64,000 nt of DNA from contig JAGVHI010000003.1 in assembly GCA_020056635.1 (NCBI GenBank), positions 28,638-92,637 of the forward strand. Direction: 5' to 3'. Positions within the stretch are counted from its first letter, which is position 1; each line of letters opens with the position of its first letter. This document shows, piece after piece, positions 17,294 to 25,933 of this stretch. The notes beneath the pieces are model-generated. The model did not search any database, was not told the DNA's origin, and worked only from the letters and a program-made list of their open reading frames with translations. The position numbers were made by a program, and so were the translations under genes. Source of the stretch: an archaeon. GTDB taxonomy: Archaea > Micrarchaeota > Micrarchaeia > Anstonellales > Anstonellaceae.

Positions 17294-18523
17294 ATGCTGA
17301 AGCTTTTCAACACACTTAGCAGGAAAAAAGAGGAATTTGCGCCAAGGGAGCCAGACAGGGTGTCCCTATACACATGCGGGCCGTCTGTTTACAATTACTC
17401 GCACATTGGGAATTTCCGCACCTATGTGTTTTGGGATGTGCTCAAACGGTACTTGAAGTATAAGAGGTACCGCGTGCGGCACGTGATGAACATCACAGAT
17501 GTGGAGGACAAGACAGTTCGCATGGCAAGGAAGGAGGGAAAAGAGCTGCAGGAGTTTGTGAAGCCGAAAATTGCAAGGTTCCTTTTGGATATGGCTGCGC
17601 TCAATATCCAAAGGCCGCAAGTGGTTGCGCCGGTTTCGAAAAACATCCCTGCAATCATTTCACTTATTTCAAAATTGGTTGCGAAAAAATACGCGTATGT
17701 TGCATCAGATGGAGTGTATTTCCGGGTTAGGAAATTTCGCGGCTATGGAAAATTAGGGGAGATAAGGAGAAATGCGATAAAGGAGGGGCGCAACAGGTTT
17801 GATGACTATGACAGGAGGTATGTTCGGGATTTCTGCCTATGGAAATTCAGCGATAAGGAACCGAACTGGAAGTCCCCTTGGGGCAGGGGGAGGCCGGGCT
17901 GGCATATTGAATGCTCCGCGATTGCAATGAAATATTTGGGGGAGCGGATGGATTTGCACTGCGGAGGGACTGATAATATTTTCCCGCACCATGAAAACGA
18001 GATTGCGCAGTCCGAGGCCGCAAGCGGGAAGATGCCGTTTGCGAAATACTGGCTGCATGCAAGGCACCTTACAATAAGGAAAAGGAAAATGTCCAAGAGG
18101 ACAGGGAATGTGGCATATGTGCATGAATTGATTCTGGAGGGGTATACGCCAAACTGCCTGCGGTTCTTTTTGCTCTCGCGCGGTTACCGCAGCAAGCTTG
18201 ATTACAATGAAAAGACGCTTGGGGAGGGAATGGGTTTCTGCAGGGCGTTTGGGAAGTGCGTGAAAAAGCTAAAGGAGATAAGGGGGAGCGGGAAGGGAAA
18301 TGGGATTGGAAAGGGCATGGTTTTGCGCATCCTTGCAATTGCAATTGGGAGATTCGAGCGTGCAATAGAATCTGACCTGAATACTAGGAGGGCGCTTCTT
18401 GCAGCGCTGGAAGTTGCAAACGAATGCGGGAGGCTCTCGCACAAAATGAGCTCAAAAGAGGCGGGGATTGCGCTTGGCGGGCTTAGGAAAATGGGGTTTG
18501 TGCTCGGGCTGAAATGGGATTAG
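17294..18523 (+). CDS. cysS: Cysteine--tRNA ligase-like protein (short, 409 aa)
   Basis: YTCGPSVY, HIGN, NITDVEDK, GRPGWHIECS, FPHHENE, KMSK. Confidence 0.85.
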   Translation: MLKLFNTLSRKKEEFAPREPDRVSLYTCGPSVYNYSHIGNFRTYVFWDVLKRYLKYKRYRVRHVMNITDVEDKTVRMARKEGKELQEFVKPKIARFLLDMAALNIQRPQVVAPVSKNIPAIISLISKLVAKKYAYVASDGVYFRVRKFRGYGKLGEIRRNAIKEGRNRFDDYDRRYVRDFCLWKFSDKEPNWKSPWGRGRPGWHIECSAIAMKYLGERMDLHCGGTDNIFPHHENEIAQSEAASGKMPFAKYWLHARHLTIRKRKMSKRTGNVAYVHELILEGYTPNCLRFFLLSRGYRSKLDYNEKTLGEGMGFCRAFGKCVKKLKEIRGSGKGNGIGKGMVLRILAIAIGRFERAIESDLNTRRALLAALEVANECGRLSHKMSSKEAGIALGGLRKMGFVLGLKWD

Positions 18524-18558
18524 GGGGATTTATTTGGCTGGGCTGTTAGCGCTTCGGA

Positions 18559-18888
18559 TTAGAGGGACTTCAAATCTGACATGTGGATGTGCTTGCCATT
18601 TGTTTCGAAGCGCTTTAGCTCTTTCTTTCCATCAAATAGGATTACGGTCGGGACAACAGTGACATTGAATGAATCCCAAATCGGGTTCTCATTCTCGTCT
18701 ATTTGAACTTCAAGTATTTGGTCGAATTTATGCCCCTCGCGCAAGTAAGTATCCCAAATGGGCTTGAACGCATGGCAGTCCGGGCACCAGCTTGCATGGA
18801 ACATTGCAAGCGTTTTCTTTCCAGGAACAAGTTGCGATTGCAGCCTGCCTAAGTCATCTGTTTGCGTTATTGCCATGCTCCGCCTCAT
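18559..18888 (-). CDS. Thioredoxin-family protein
   Basis: FHASWCPDC, VVPTVILF. Confidence 0.85.
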   Translation of the reverse strand: MRRSMAITQTDDLGRLQSQLVPGKKTLAMFHASWCPDCHAFKPIWDTYLREGHKFDQILEVQIDENENPIWDSFNVTVVPTVILFDGKKELKRFETNGKHIHMSDLKSL

Positions 18889-20636
18889 GAATCGGTAACA
18901 TAGTAATACTCTCCCATTTCCTTCTGCTCCCGGTCAAGCACCGAACCCGCCTTATTAATTCTGGGCCTAAGCGTGCTCTTGTCCCTGCGAAGCGTGATTC
19001 CGAGAGCTGATAGGAACTTGTTCATCCCGTCGCGCTTTTTCATTGGGGCAGGAGCATGCCCATTTATTGATGCCTGCCCTTCGAACGGCATGATCCTGTT
19101 TGAGACAAGGTCTATCAGCACAACATCGTGGTCAACAACGAATGCCACTTTGTCAGTGTCTGCAATGACTGAGCGGAGCAGGTGCGCAAAGTGCAAGCGC
19201 TGCTCAATATCCAGGAATGCGGAGGGCTCATCGAAGAGGTAAATGTCAGCTTCTTGCGAAAGCGCGGTTGCGATTGAAACGCGCTGCAGTTCCCCCCCTG
19301 ACAGGTGCATCACGCTGCGCTCGAGCAATGAATGGAGCAATAGGCGGCGCTTGCATTCCTCGAGAACAAAAGAATTGAGGGGAAGCGAGTTGAAAAGGTC
19401 GAGCACGGTCATTTCGGTTTCAGCGCGTATGTACTGCGGCTTGTAGGAAACCTTTAGCTTTGGCAGCGGTGCGTCATTATCAGGGTGCTCGAGGCCTGCA
19501 AGCATCTTTATGAAAACCGTTTTGCCGACCGCGTTCCTCCCCACTATGCCAACAATTTCGCCAGCGTTCAATGAGCCCTCTTCGCAGGAGAGCGAGAAGG
19601 AATCAAACGACTTGCGCATTTCGGGGTAGGAGAGGATTGCTTTTCCCTTCCCTGCCTCAGCAGAATATTTCTCGAATTTTATCTCCTCTGTGCGGAAGCG
19701 CACATTCTCGGATTTGAGGTAGCCTTCCAAATACTCGCCTATCCCTGTGCGCGCGGATTTCACCCCTGAAACAACCCCGTATGCGTTCTCCTCCCCATAG
19801 AACACGTACACATAATCTGAAAGGTAATCAAAAAGCGCGAGGTCATGCTCCACTACGATTACTGGCTTTTGCTCGGAGAGGGATTGAATTAGGTTTGCCA
19901 TGGCAAGCCGCTGCTCAATGTCAAGGTAGGAGGCAGGTTCGTCGAAATAGTAAAGGTCCGCATCTTTTGAGTAGGCTGCCGCGATTGCGACACGCTGCAA
20001 TTCACCGCCCGAGAGGTGCCTTATTTCGCGCGATAGGATTGGGGAGATTGAGAGCTTTTCCACTGCAGTGTTCAGGCGAGCCTCGCTCATTTTTTCGGTT
20101 TTTTCGAACAGGTCGCTTACCGTACCCTTGAAAAGGTCAGTTATTTTCTCAATGTTCTGTGGCTTGTAGGAGATAGAGAGGCCGTTTTGCCCAAGCTTGG
20201 AAAAATATGCCTTTTGCTCTATGTTCATTTTTGCTTTCTGCTCCTCCCCGTCTATTGCCCCGAGGTTGGGCGCAAGCCTGCCTGAGAGTATTTTGATGGC
20301 AGTGGATTTGCCAATCCCGTTCTTTCCTATTAGGCCGACCACCCCGGTTTTTTGCGGGAGCGGCATGTTGTATAGGCGAAAGGAGTTTATGCCGTAGGAA
20401 TGGAAAGGCTCGGTGAGCTCCTGAGCCAAATTGATAATTGTGATTGCGTCTACAGGGCAGCGCTTGGGGCAGATGCCGCAGCCTGTGCAAAGCATTTCTG
20501 AAATGACAGGCCAGCCTTCGGAATCCACAGTGACCGTCTCGTCGCCCATGCGCACGCCCGGGCACACCTTGACGCAGATGTACCCGCATTTCTCGCGTAT
20601 GCACTTGCTGCGGTCGACTATTGCAATCCTGCTCAT
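18885..20636 (-). CDS. Ribosome recycling ATPase ABCE1/RLI
   Basis: N-terminal Fe-S domain (CTGCGICPKRCP), two ABC domains with LSGGELQR, RPRINK. Confidence 0.95.
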   Translation of the reverse strand: MSRIAIVDRSKCIREKCGYICVKVCPGVRMGDETVTVDSEGWPVISEMLCTGCGICPKRCPVDAITIINLAQELTEPFHSYGINSFRLYNMPLPQKTGVVGLIGKNGIGKSTAIKILSGRLAPNLGAIDGEEQKAKMNIEQKAYFSKLGQNGLSISYKPQNIEKITDLFKGTVSDLFEKTEKMSEARLNTAVEKLSISPILSREIRHLSGGELQRVAIAAAYSKDADLYYFDEPASYLDIEQRLAMANLIQSLSEQKPVIVVEHDLALFDYLSDYVYVFYGEENAYGVVSGVKSARTGIGEYLEGYLKSENVRFRTEEIKFEKYSAEAGKGKAILSYPEMRKSFDSFSLSCEEGSLNAGEIVGIVGRNAVGKTVFIKMLAGLEHPDNDAPLPKLKVSYKPQYIRAETEMTVLDLFNSLPLNSFVLEECKRRLLLHSLLERSVMHLSGGELQRVSIATALSQEADIYLFDEPSAFLDIEQRLHFAHLLRSVIADTDKVAFVVDHDVVLIDLVSNRIMPFEGQASINGHAPAPMKKRDGMNKFLSALGITLRRDKSTLRPRINKAGSVLDREQKEMGEYYYVTDS

Positions 20637-20773
20637 GGCTAAGTTCCTCTAAAGCTTATTTCGCAAACTAGGATAAAAAGGGTATTCCCAGTGGAAGTCT
20701 TACATTTTCTATACATTTTAGCCCACTCCTTTATAAACCACTTTTGGCTAAATATAAGCGGGAGGTGGAGACG

Positions 20774-21907
20774 ATGGCTGGAGCAGGTGCAACGGCAGTT
20801 ATATGCAACAAAGAACGGCAGCCGCCTTACCAGGGAAGCAGGCCGATTGACCGGAACATGAACGTGCTTACAGTATTGAATGGGCTCAAGCTTTCGCCAG
20901 ACAGGTATTCGCTTCTTGCGCTTGATTTTACCGGAGCGGCGCCCCTTTCAAAGGACGAGCTTTTGGGGATTGCTGCACTAATAAGCCAGCGGGATTCCTC
21001 AAATCCGAAAAAGCAGGAGATTGCGCAAAAGAAAATTGCCGAGCTTGAGGCAAGGCTCGACACTTACCAGAAGGTGAGGCAGGGTTTTGAAGCTGCTGGC
21101 ATTGGAGAGGAGGAGCAGGCTGTGAGAAAGGCAAGAAGGGATGAGGAATTCCTGCGCACCATTAAAAACTTCCTGGAGAGCCTTGCAAACGTGGTTGGAG
21201 ATAACAAAGGCCAGGTGAATTCCGAGAAGAAAACTATTGCAGAAAATAGGGACCTGATGCGAAAGCCTTGGGAGGATGCGGCAGGCAGCGGAAAAAGCCT
21301 GGCAAAAACAGTTGCAAGCATGGTTGGCTCTTCGCTCGTGTTCGGCGCGGGTGGCTTTGCGCTTGCCAAAACCGAAGTATTGAACTTCCTGACGAAAATA
21401 GTCCCCCAGTTCGTGAACTCGGTCTATGGCATAGTGGCGGGATTTGCAGCACTCGGGATTGCATTCGGCCCGCTCATTGTGGATTCCTATATCCAGGGCA
21501 TGCAGGCACGGATAAATAGGAAAGCAGGGAAGAGGATTAGGAAACAGGATGATATTGAGAGGGATTTCCTTGCAAAAAGGCTGCGTGTGCTGGAGATAAA
21601 GGTGATGCAGCTTTATGCGCAGTATCACTACCTTGAGGACTTAAATCTCATGGCGCCTTCAAAAAAGGTGGTTGATTGGGCAATCAATGGGAACTGGGTG
21701 GAGCTGAATAGGTATATCTCAAAGGCAATACGCAAGATCGAGCAGGGGATATTTGGGAGGATGCTTGATCGGATCTGGTGGAAGAGGAATGGCGAGGGAA
21801 TTGTGGATTTCATCAAGCAGACCAAGACAGATGTGTCTGCTATTGACGGCTCGACTGACACCACCATAGTTGCTGACAAAGCTAATCCGCCGCCCACAGG
21901 CGGATAG
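20774..21907 (+). CDS. Hypothetical membrane protein with coiled-coil N-terminal region
   Basis: GGAGGTGG RBS; two central hydrophobic helices. Confidence 0.7.
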   Translation: MAGAGATAVICNKERQPPYQGSRPIDRNMNVLTVLNGLKLSPDRYSLLALDFTGAAPLSKDELLGIAALISQRDSSNPKKQEIAQKKIAELEARLDTYQKVRQGFEAAGIGEEEQAVRKARRDEEFLRTIKNFLESLANVVGDNKGQVNSEKKTIAENRDLMRKPWEDAAGSGKSLAKTVASMVGSSLVFGAGGFALAKTEVLNFLTKIVPQFVNSVYGIVAGFAALGIAFGPLIVDSYIQGMQARINRKAGKRIRKQDDIERDFLAKRLRVLEIKVMQLYAQYHYLEDLNLMAPSKKVVDWAINGNWVELNRYISKAIRKIEQGIFGRMLDRIWWKRNGEGIVDFIKQTKTDVSAIDGSTDTTIVADKANPPPTGG

Positions 21908-21940
21908 CATTAATTAACCTCCTTTTCCCTTTTTCTATTC

Positions 21941-22981
21941 ATGAGAATACTCAAGCAAAGCAAGGAGGAGGGGCTCGTAAAGCTCGAGCCTGAGAACCTT
22001 GAGGACCTGTGGCACATCGAGCGGGTACTGGAAGAAGGGGACAGGATTAGGAGCAGGAGCTTTAGGAGGTTCAAAACTACAGAGGGGGAAGCGGGGGAGA
22101 AGAAGCCCATCAATGTTGAGATTGATGCTGAGAAAATCGAGTTTGCAAAATTTGCGAACAGACTGCGCGTCACAGGGCAGATTATTTCTGGGACGCCTGA
22201 GGAGTTTGTGCAGATTGGCTCGTACCATACGGTGGATATTGAGCCGGGATTTGCGTTCACGCTGGTGAAAAAAAGGTGGAAGAATTACCAGATTGAAAGG
22301 CTGCGGCAGGCAGTGGTTGAAACCAAGAGGCCCCGCGTTGCGCTTGTTGTGCTTGATGATGAGAAAGCAATTTTTGCAACGCTTAGGGGCTATGGGGTGG
22401 AGTTTGAATTTGAGCTTGAGGCAAAGGCATCAAAGCGGGATGAGAAGTATGAGGAGAAAATTAAGGAATACTTTGGCGAGATTTACAAGAAAGTTGCAAG
22501 CTATGAAGTGGGAACCATAATCATTGCAGGGCCTGGTTTTACAAAGGATAATTTGCGCGAGTTCATTGCGAAAAAGGATAAGGAATTGCTCAAGAAAATC
22601 GTGTTTGAAAGCTGTTCTTATGCAGAGAGGAGCGGAGTGTATGAATTGCTGAAAAAAGGGGTTGTGGGAATAGCAACAGAGGCGCAGCACTTTGAGCAGG
22701 AAGTGAAAGCCATTGAGGAGCTCATGATGCATATTGGGAAGGATGATGGAATGTGCGCATATGGGATTGGAGAAGTGAAGGATGTGGTAATGGCTTCTGC
22801 GGTTATTCGGATTTTTGTGCTTGATGAGGTGTTAAGGAGCAATAAGGAAGTGGAATCCGTGATCGAGCTTGCGGAAAAGAAGAAGGTGGAATTGCTTATT
22901 TTCTCGCATGAGGGCGAGCCTGGCAGGAAATTGAATGGGCTGGGTGGATTGGCTGCGATACTGAAGTTTCGGATAAGCTGA
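21941..22981 (+). CDS. pelA: mRNA surveillance protein Pelota/Dom34
   Basis: PENLEDLWHI, RLRVTGQI, GSYHTVDI, AGPGFTK, LGGLAAILKF. Confidence 0.95.
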   Translation: MRILKQSKEEGLVKLEPENLEDLWHIERVLEEGDRIRSRSFRRFKTTEGEAGEKKPINVEIDAEKIEFAKFANRLRVTGQIISGTPEEFVQIGSYHTVDIEPGFAFTLVKKRWKNYQIERLRQAVVETKRPRVALVVLDDEKAIFATLRGYGVEFEFELEAKASKRDEKYEEKIKEYFGEIYKKVASYEVGTIIIAGPGFTKDNLREFIAKKDKELLKKIVFESCSYAERSGVYELLKKGVVGIATEAQHFEQEVKAIEELMMHIGKDDGMCAYGIGEVKDVVMASAVIRIFVLDEVLRSNKEVESVIELAEKKKVELLIFSHEGEPGRKLNGLGGLAAILKFRIS

Positions 22982-23059
22982 ATTTAGTTTTTTCCCGAAT
23001 CATTTGGGAGTATTTTTATACAGAGCGGGAGCTAGTTCCATGCGAGGGAGGGGATTGGA

Positions 23060-24487
23060 ATGAAGAGCGGAATTATTGCATTTGCGGTTCTGGCTGTTTT
23101 TGCGGGATTGGCTGTGGCAGGTTCGTTCACAGCCCCTATTTCAGATGTTACAATATATGGGAGCAATGCCGCTTATGTCATGAGGTATGGGAATGCGGAA
23201 TTGGGGCAGGGGAGTAATTACCTTGCGCTTGAGAATTTCTCAACTAGCGCGGATATAGGGACATTGGATGCATTCGGGAATGGGGTTTCGGTTGCGGAGT
23301 ACAAGCGGTATATTGAGGAAACTAGGGAGAATAGGAGCAGGTTTTTGACGGTTGAGGAGCTGCTGAACAAATCGGTTGGCAAAAGCGTCACAATAATTAC
23401 GGAGAGGGGGCAGGAAAGCGGAAAATTGGTGTGGTATGCAACCGGTTTTGTCGGGCTTGCGTCCAATTCAGGAGGGTCGCTTCTTGTGTACAGGATTGAG
23501 GATATCAGGCAGTTGATTGCGCCAGCAGCAGAATATGAAAAAAGCGAGGAGATAAAAAATGTGAAAAACGGGCTTGGAGTAACCCTTGATGCGGAAAAGG
23601 GGGGAGCGGCAAAAATCGGGCTGGGCTATGTTGATTACGGCGCAAGCTGGAGCGCGGGCTACCGCGTAAGGCTTTCATCGGATTCCCCAAGCGGAATTCT
23701 TGAGCTTTCTGGGTTTGCAAATGTGCAAAATAGCATGTATGAGGATTGGGAGAACGCGAGCCTGAGGGTGGTAGTGGGCTCGCCCTACATGACACGGAAC
23801 TACATGCCATATCGGAGCTATTACCTGAATAACATGAAAGCCCAGGATGCATATGAAATGGTTGGGGCTGCATCGCCTGCGCCAAGCGCGCCTGATGTGG
23901 GAACATCTGACCTGTCGAATTACTATGTTTATTCGCTGAACAGGAAAGTGACTTTGAAGAATGGGGAGAGCGCAAGCGTGCCGCTCCTGAATGCAAAAAT
24001 AGCCTATGTGAGGGAGAATGTTTGGGACACGGACATGGTTGCGCCGCAGCGGGTGCTCAAATTCAACAATACCGCATCGGCGCCGCTTGCGTCAGGTGTA
24101 GCAAGCGTGTATTTGGGAACTGAATTCCTGGGGCAGGCAAGCGCGGCTTTTGCGGGAAGGGGGAATCCGGTTGAATTTGCATATGCGTCAATGCCTGAGT
24201 TCACAGTGAAAAAGGAGCTTTCGCAGGAGACTTCGGTTGTTGGGAATGCGAGGATTACTGCATACTTGGGAAACCTCACGATAAAGAATGGGGGGAGCAA
24301 AGAGGAGGAGGTTGTGGTGCGCGAGCAGATGAATTACGGGGACAAGGTCGAGTTCGTAAGCTCGGATGCGCCATCATCCGTAAAGCCCGGCAATGTGATT
24401 GAGTGGAGGGTAAAGGTGCCAGCGGGAGTTGAGAAAAAAATCGCGTATGAGTACAGGACAATCTATTACCAGCAGAAGTATTACTAG
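23060..24487 (+). CDS. Secreted DUF4139/DUF4140-type protein
   Basis: Signal peptide; VTIY..AYV.R, WSAGY, VQNS..EDWENASLRVVVG, YVYSL..KVTL. Confidence 0.75.
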   Translation: MKSGIIAFAVLAVFAGLAVAGSFTAPISDVTIYGSNAAYVMRYGNAELGQGSNYLALENFSTSADIGTLDAFGNGVSVAEYKRYIEETRENRSRFLTVEELLNKSVGKSVTIITERGQESGKLVWYATGFVGLASNSGGSLLVYRIEDIRQLIAPAAEYEKSEEIKNVKNGLGVTLDAEKGGAAKIGLGYVDYGASWSAGYRVRLSSDSPSGILELSGFANVQNSMYEDWENASLRVVVGSPYMTRNYMPYRSYYLNNMKAQDAYEMVGAASPAPSAPDVGTSDLSNYYVYSLNRKVTLKNGESASVPLLNAKIAYVRENVWDTDMVAPQRVLKFNNTASAPLASGVASVYLGTEFLGQASAAFAGRGNPVEFAYASMPEFTVKKELSQETSVVGNARITAYLGNLTIKNGGSKEEEVVVREQMNYGDKVEFVSSDAPSSVKPGNVIEWRVKVPAGVEKKIAYEYRTIYYQQKYY

Positions 24488-24583
24488 AGCGCCCTCTTTT
24501 TCTTTCTTTTTTCCCGTTCCCCATTTCAGCCCATCCCTTTCGGATGGGCGCTAGTTTAAATAAGAAGAGCGAGAGATTGCCAT

Positions 24584-25030
24584 ATGCGTTTCTTGCGAGG
24601 GCAGGTCACAAGCGAAACCATGATAATACTGGGCATGTCGCTCATAGTCATACTTATTGCCGCCGTGCTTGCAAACCAGTACCTCACAGACCTTAATGCG
24701 CAGAAGGCGAGCAATGAGGCGCGGCTTGCGGTCGGCGATCTGGCAAGTGCGGCAAACTCCGTGTGGCGGCAGGGGATTGGGGCAAAGAAAAGGGTTTTGG
24801 TTAAAATCCCGTCAGGGGTTAATTCAAGCAACAACGTCACTTTCATCGGCAGGCCGGCAAACGACAGCTCGTCGCCAATGAGAACAATAAACATCAGGTT
24901 CTCATACGGAGATGTTGCGGCAAGCACTGATGTTGATGTTAATGGGACCATGCCAGCCAACCCAGGGGGCTATTCGCTCTGGGTGATTTCGCGCGACACT
25001 TATGTTTACATTGGCAACAGCTCAAGCTAG
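24584..25030 (+). CDS. Pilin-like protein, class III signal peptide
   Basis: MRFLRG/QVTSETMIILG followed by a hydrophobic helix. Confidence 0.8.
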   Translation: MRFLRGQVTSETMIILGMSLIVILIAAVLANQYLTDLNAQKASNEARLAVGDLASAANSVWRQGIGAKKRVLVKIPSGVNSSNNVTFIGRPANDSSSPMRTINIRFSYGDVAASTDVDVNGTMPANPGGYSLWVISRDTYVYIGNSSS

Positions 25031-25040
25031 GTGGAGTTGA

Positions 25041-25430
25041 ATGAGTAAAGCCCAAGCATCGGCCGAGCTTGTAGTTGTGGTGAGCGCACTCATGCTCATC
25101 TTCCTGCTCATTTTCATGATAAAGTCTTCGTACGATGATTCCACCAAAGATTATATCGAGAGGCTTGAGGCTGAGAGGATTGCAAAACAATACACCGACC
25201 TTGTGAACTACGTGGCGCTTGGGGGGCATGGGACAGAGGTTGCCGTGGTGAACACAGAGGGGCCTTACTATACAATCACATTCAATGGCACCATAACAGT
25301 GAACAGTTCGAGAGCGGTGTCAGTGCAGGCCCCAATCACAAGGAGAATGCCGGTTGATGCTTCGATTACAGGGGCAGGCAGGGTGAGGATTTACAACCAG
25401 AACGGTGAGGTTTATGTAGTGGTGAGCTAG
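25041..25430 (+). CDS. Pilin-like protein, class III signal peptide
   Basis: MSKA/QASAELVVV followed by a hydrophobic helix. Confidence 0.8.
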   Translation: MSKAQASAELVVVVSALMLIFLLIFMIKSSYDDSTKDYIERLEAERIAKQYTDLVNYVALGGHGTEVAVVNTEGPYYTITFNGTITVNSSRAVSVQAPITRRMPVDASITGAGRVRIYNQNGEVYVVVS

Positions 25431-25431
25431 C

Positions 25432-25926
25432 ATGAGGGGGCAGGGAATAATATTCGATTTTGTGGTGTCGCTTTCGTTCTTCGTAGTGGGCGTGGTGATA
25501 ATGGTCGGGGCGCTTGATATGCTAGGCGAGAGGATGGAGAAGGAGAGGGATTATGCAAACGTGGCGCGGGCGGCCTACTTCGCATCCGAGAGCCTGCTCT
25601 CGCTTGGGAGCCCAGAAAACTGGAACACCAATGTACTTGCGCTAAACCAGATCCAGGTCGGGTTAGGGGCTGCGCCCGGTGAGCTGCATGGGGCAAAAAT
25701 ACGGAATTTCGCCGCCCTCAATGCAACGGATTATGACGGCCTGCGCTCGGCGCTTGGAGTCGGAAAATATGATCTTTATGTGAATATCACGCAACTGCAA
25801 GGCAATCAGAGCTATCTTGTGGGAAAGTTCTTTGACGAGTCGTATGGGGATTTTGATTATAGGGTGGAGAGGTATGCGCTTTTAGACGGCAACCTCACTA
25901 GGGTAGTGGTTGGAGTTTGGAAGTGA
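25432..25926 (+). CDS. Pilin-like protein, class III signal peptide
   Basis: MRG/QGIIFDFVV; G.PENW motif. Confidence 0.75.
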   Translation: MRGQGIIFDFVVSLSFFVVGVVIMVGALDMLGERMEKERDYANVARAAYFASESLLSLGSPENWNTNVLALNQIQVGLGAAPGELHGAKIRNFAALNATDYDGLRSALGVGKYDLYVNITQLQGNQSYLVGKFFDESYGDFDYRVERYALLDGNLTRVVVGVWK

Positions 25927-25933
25927 TTTGCCA

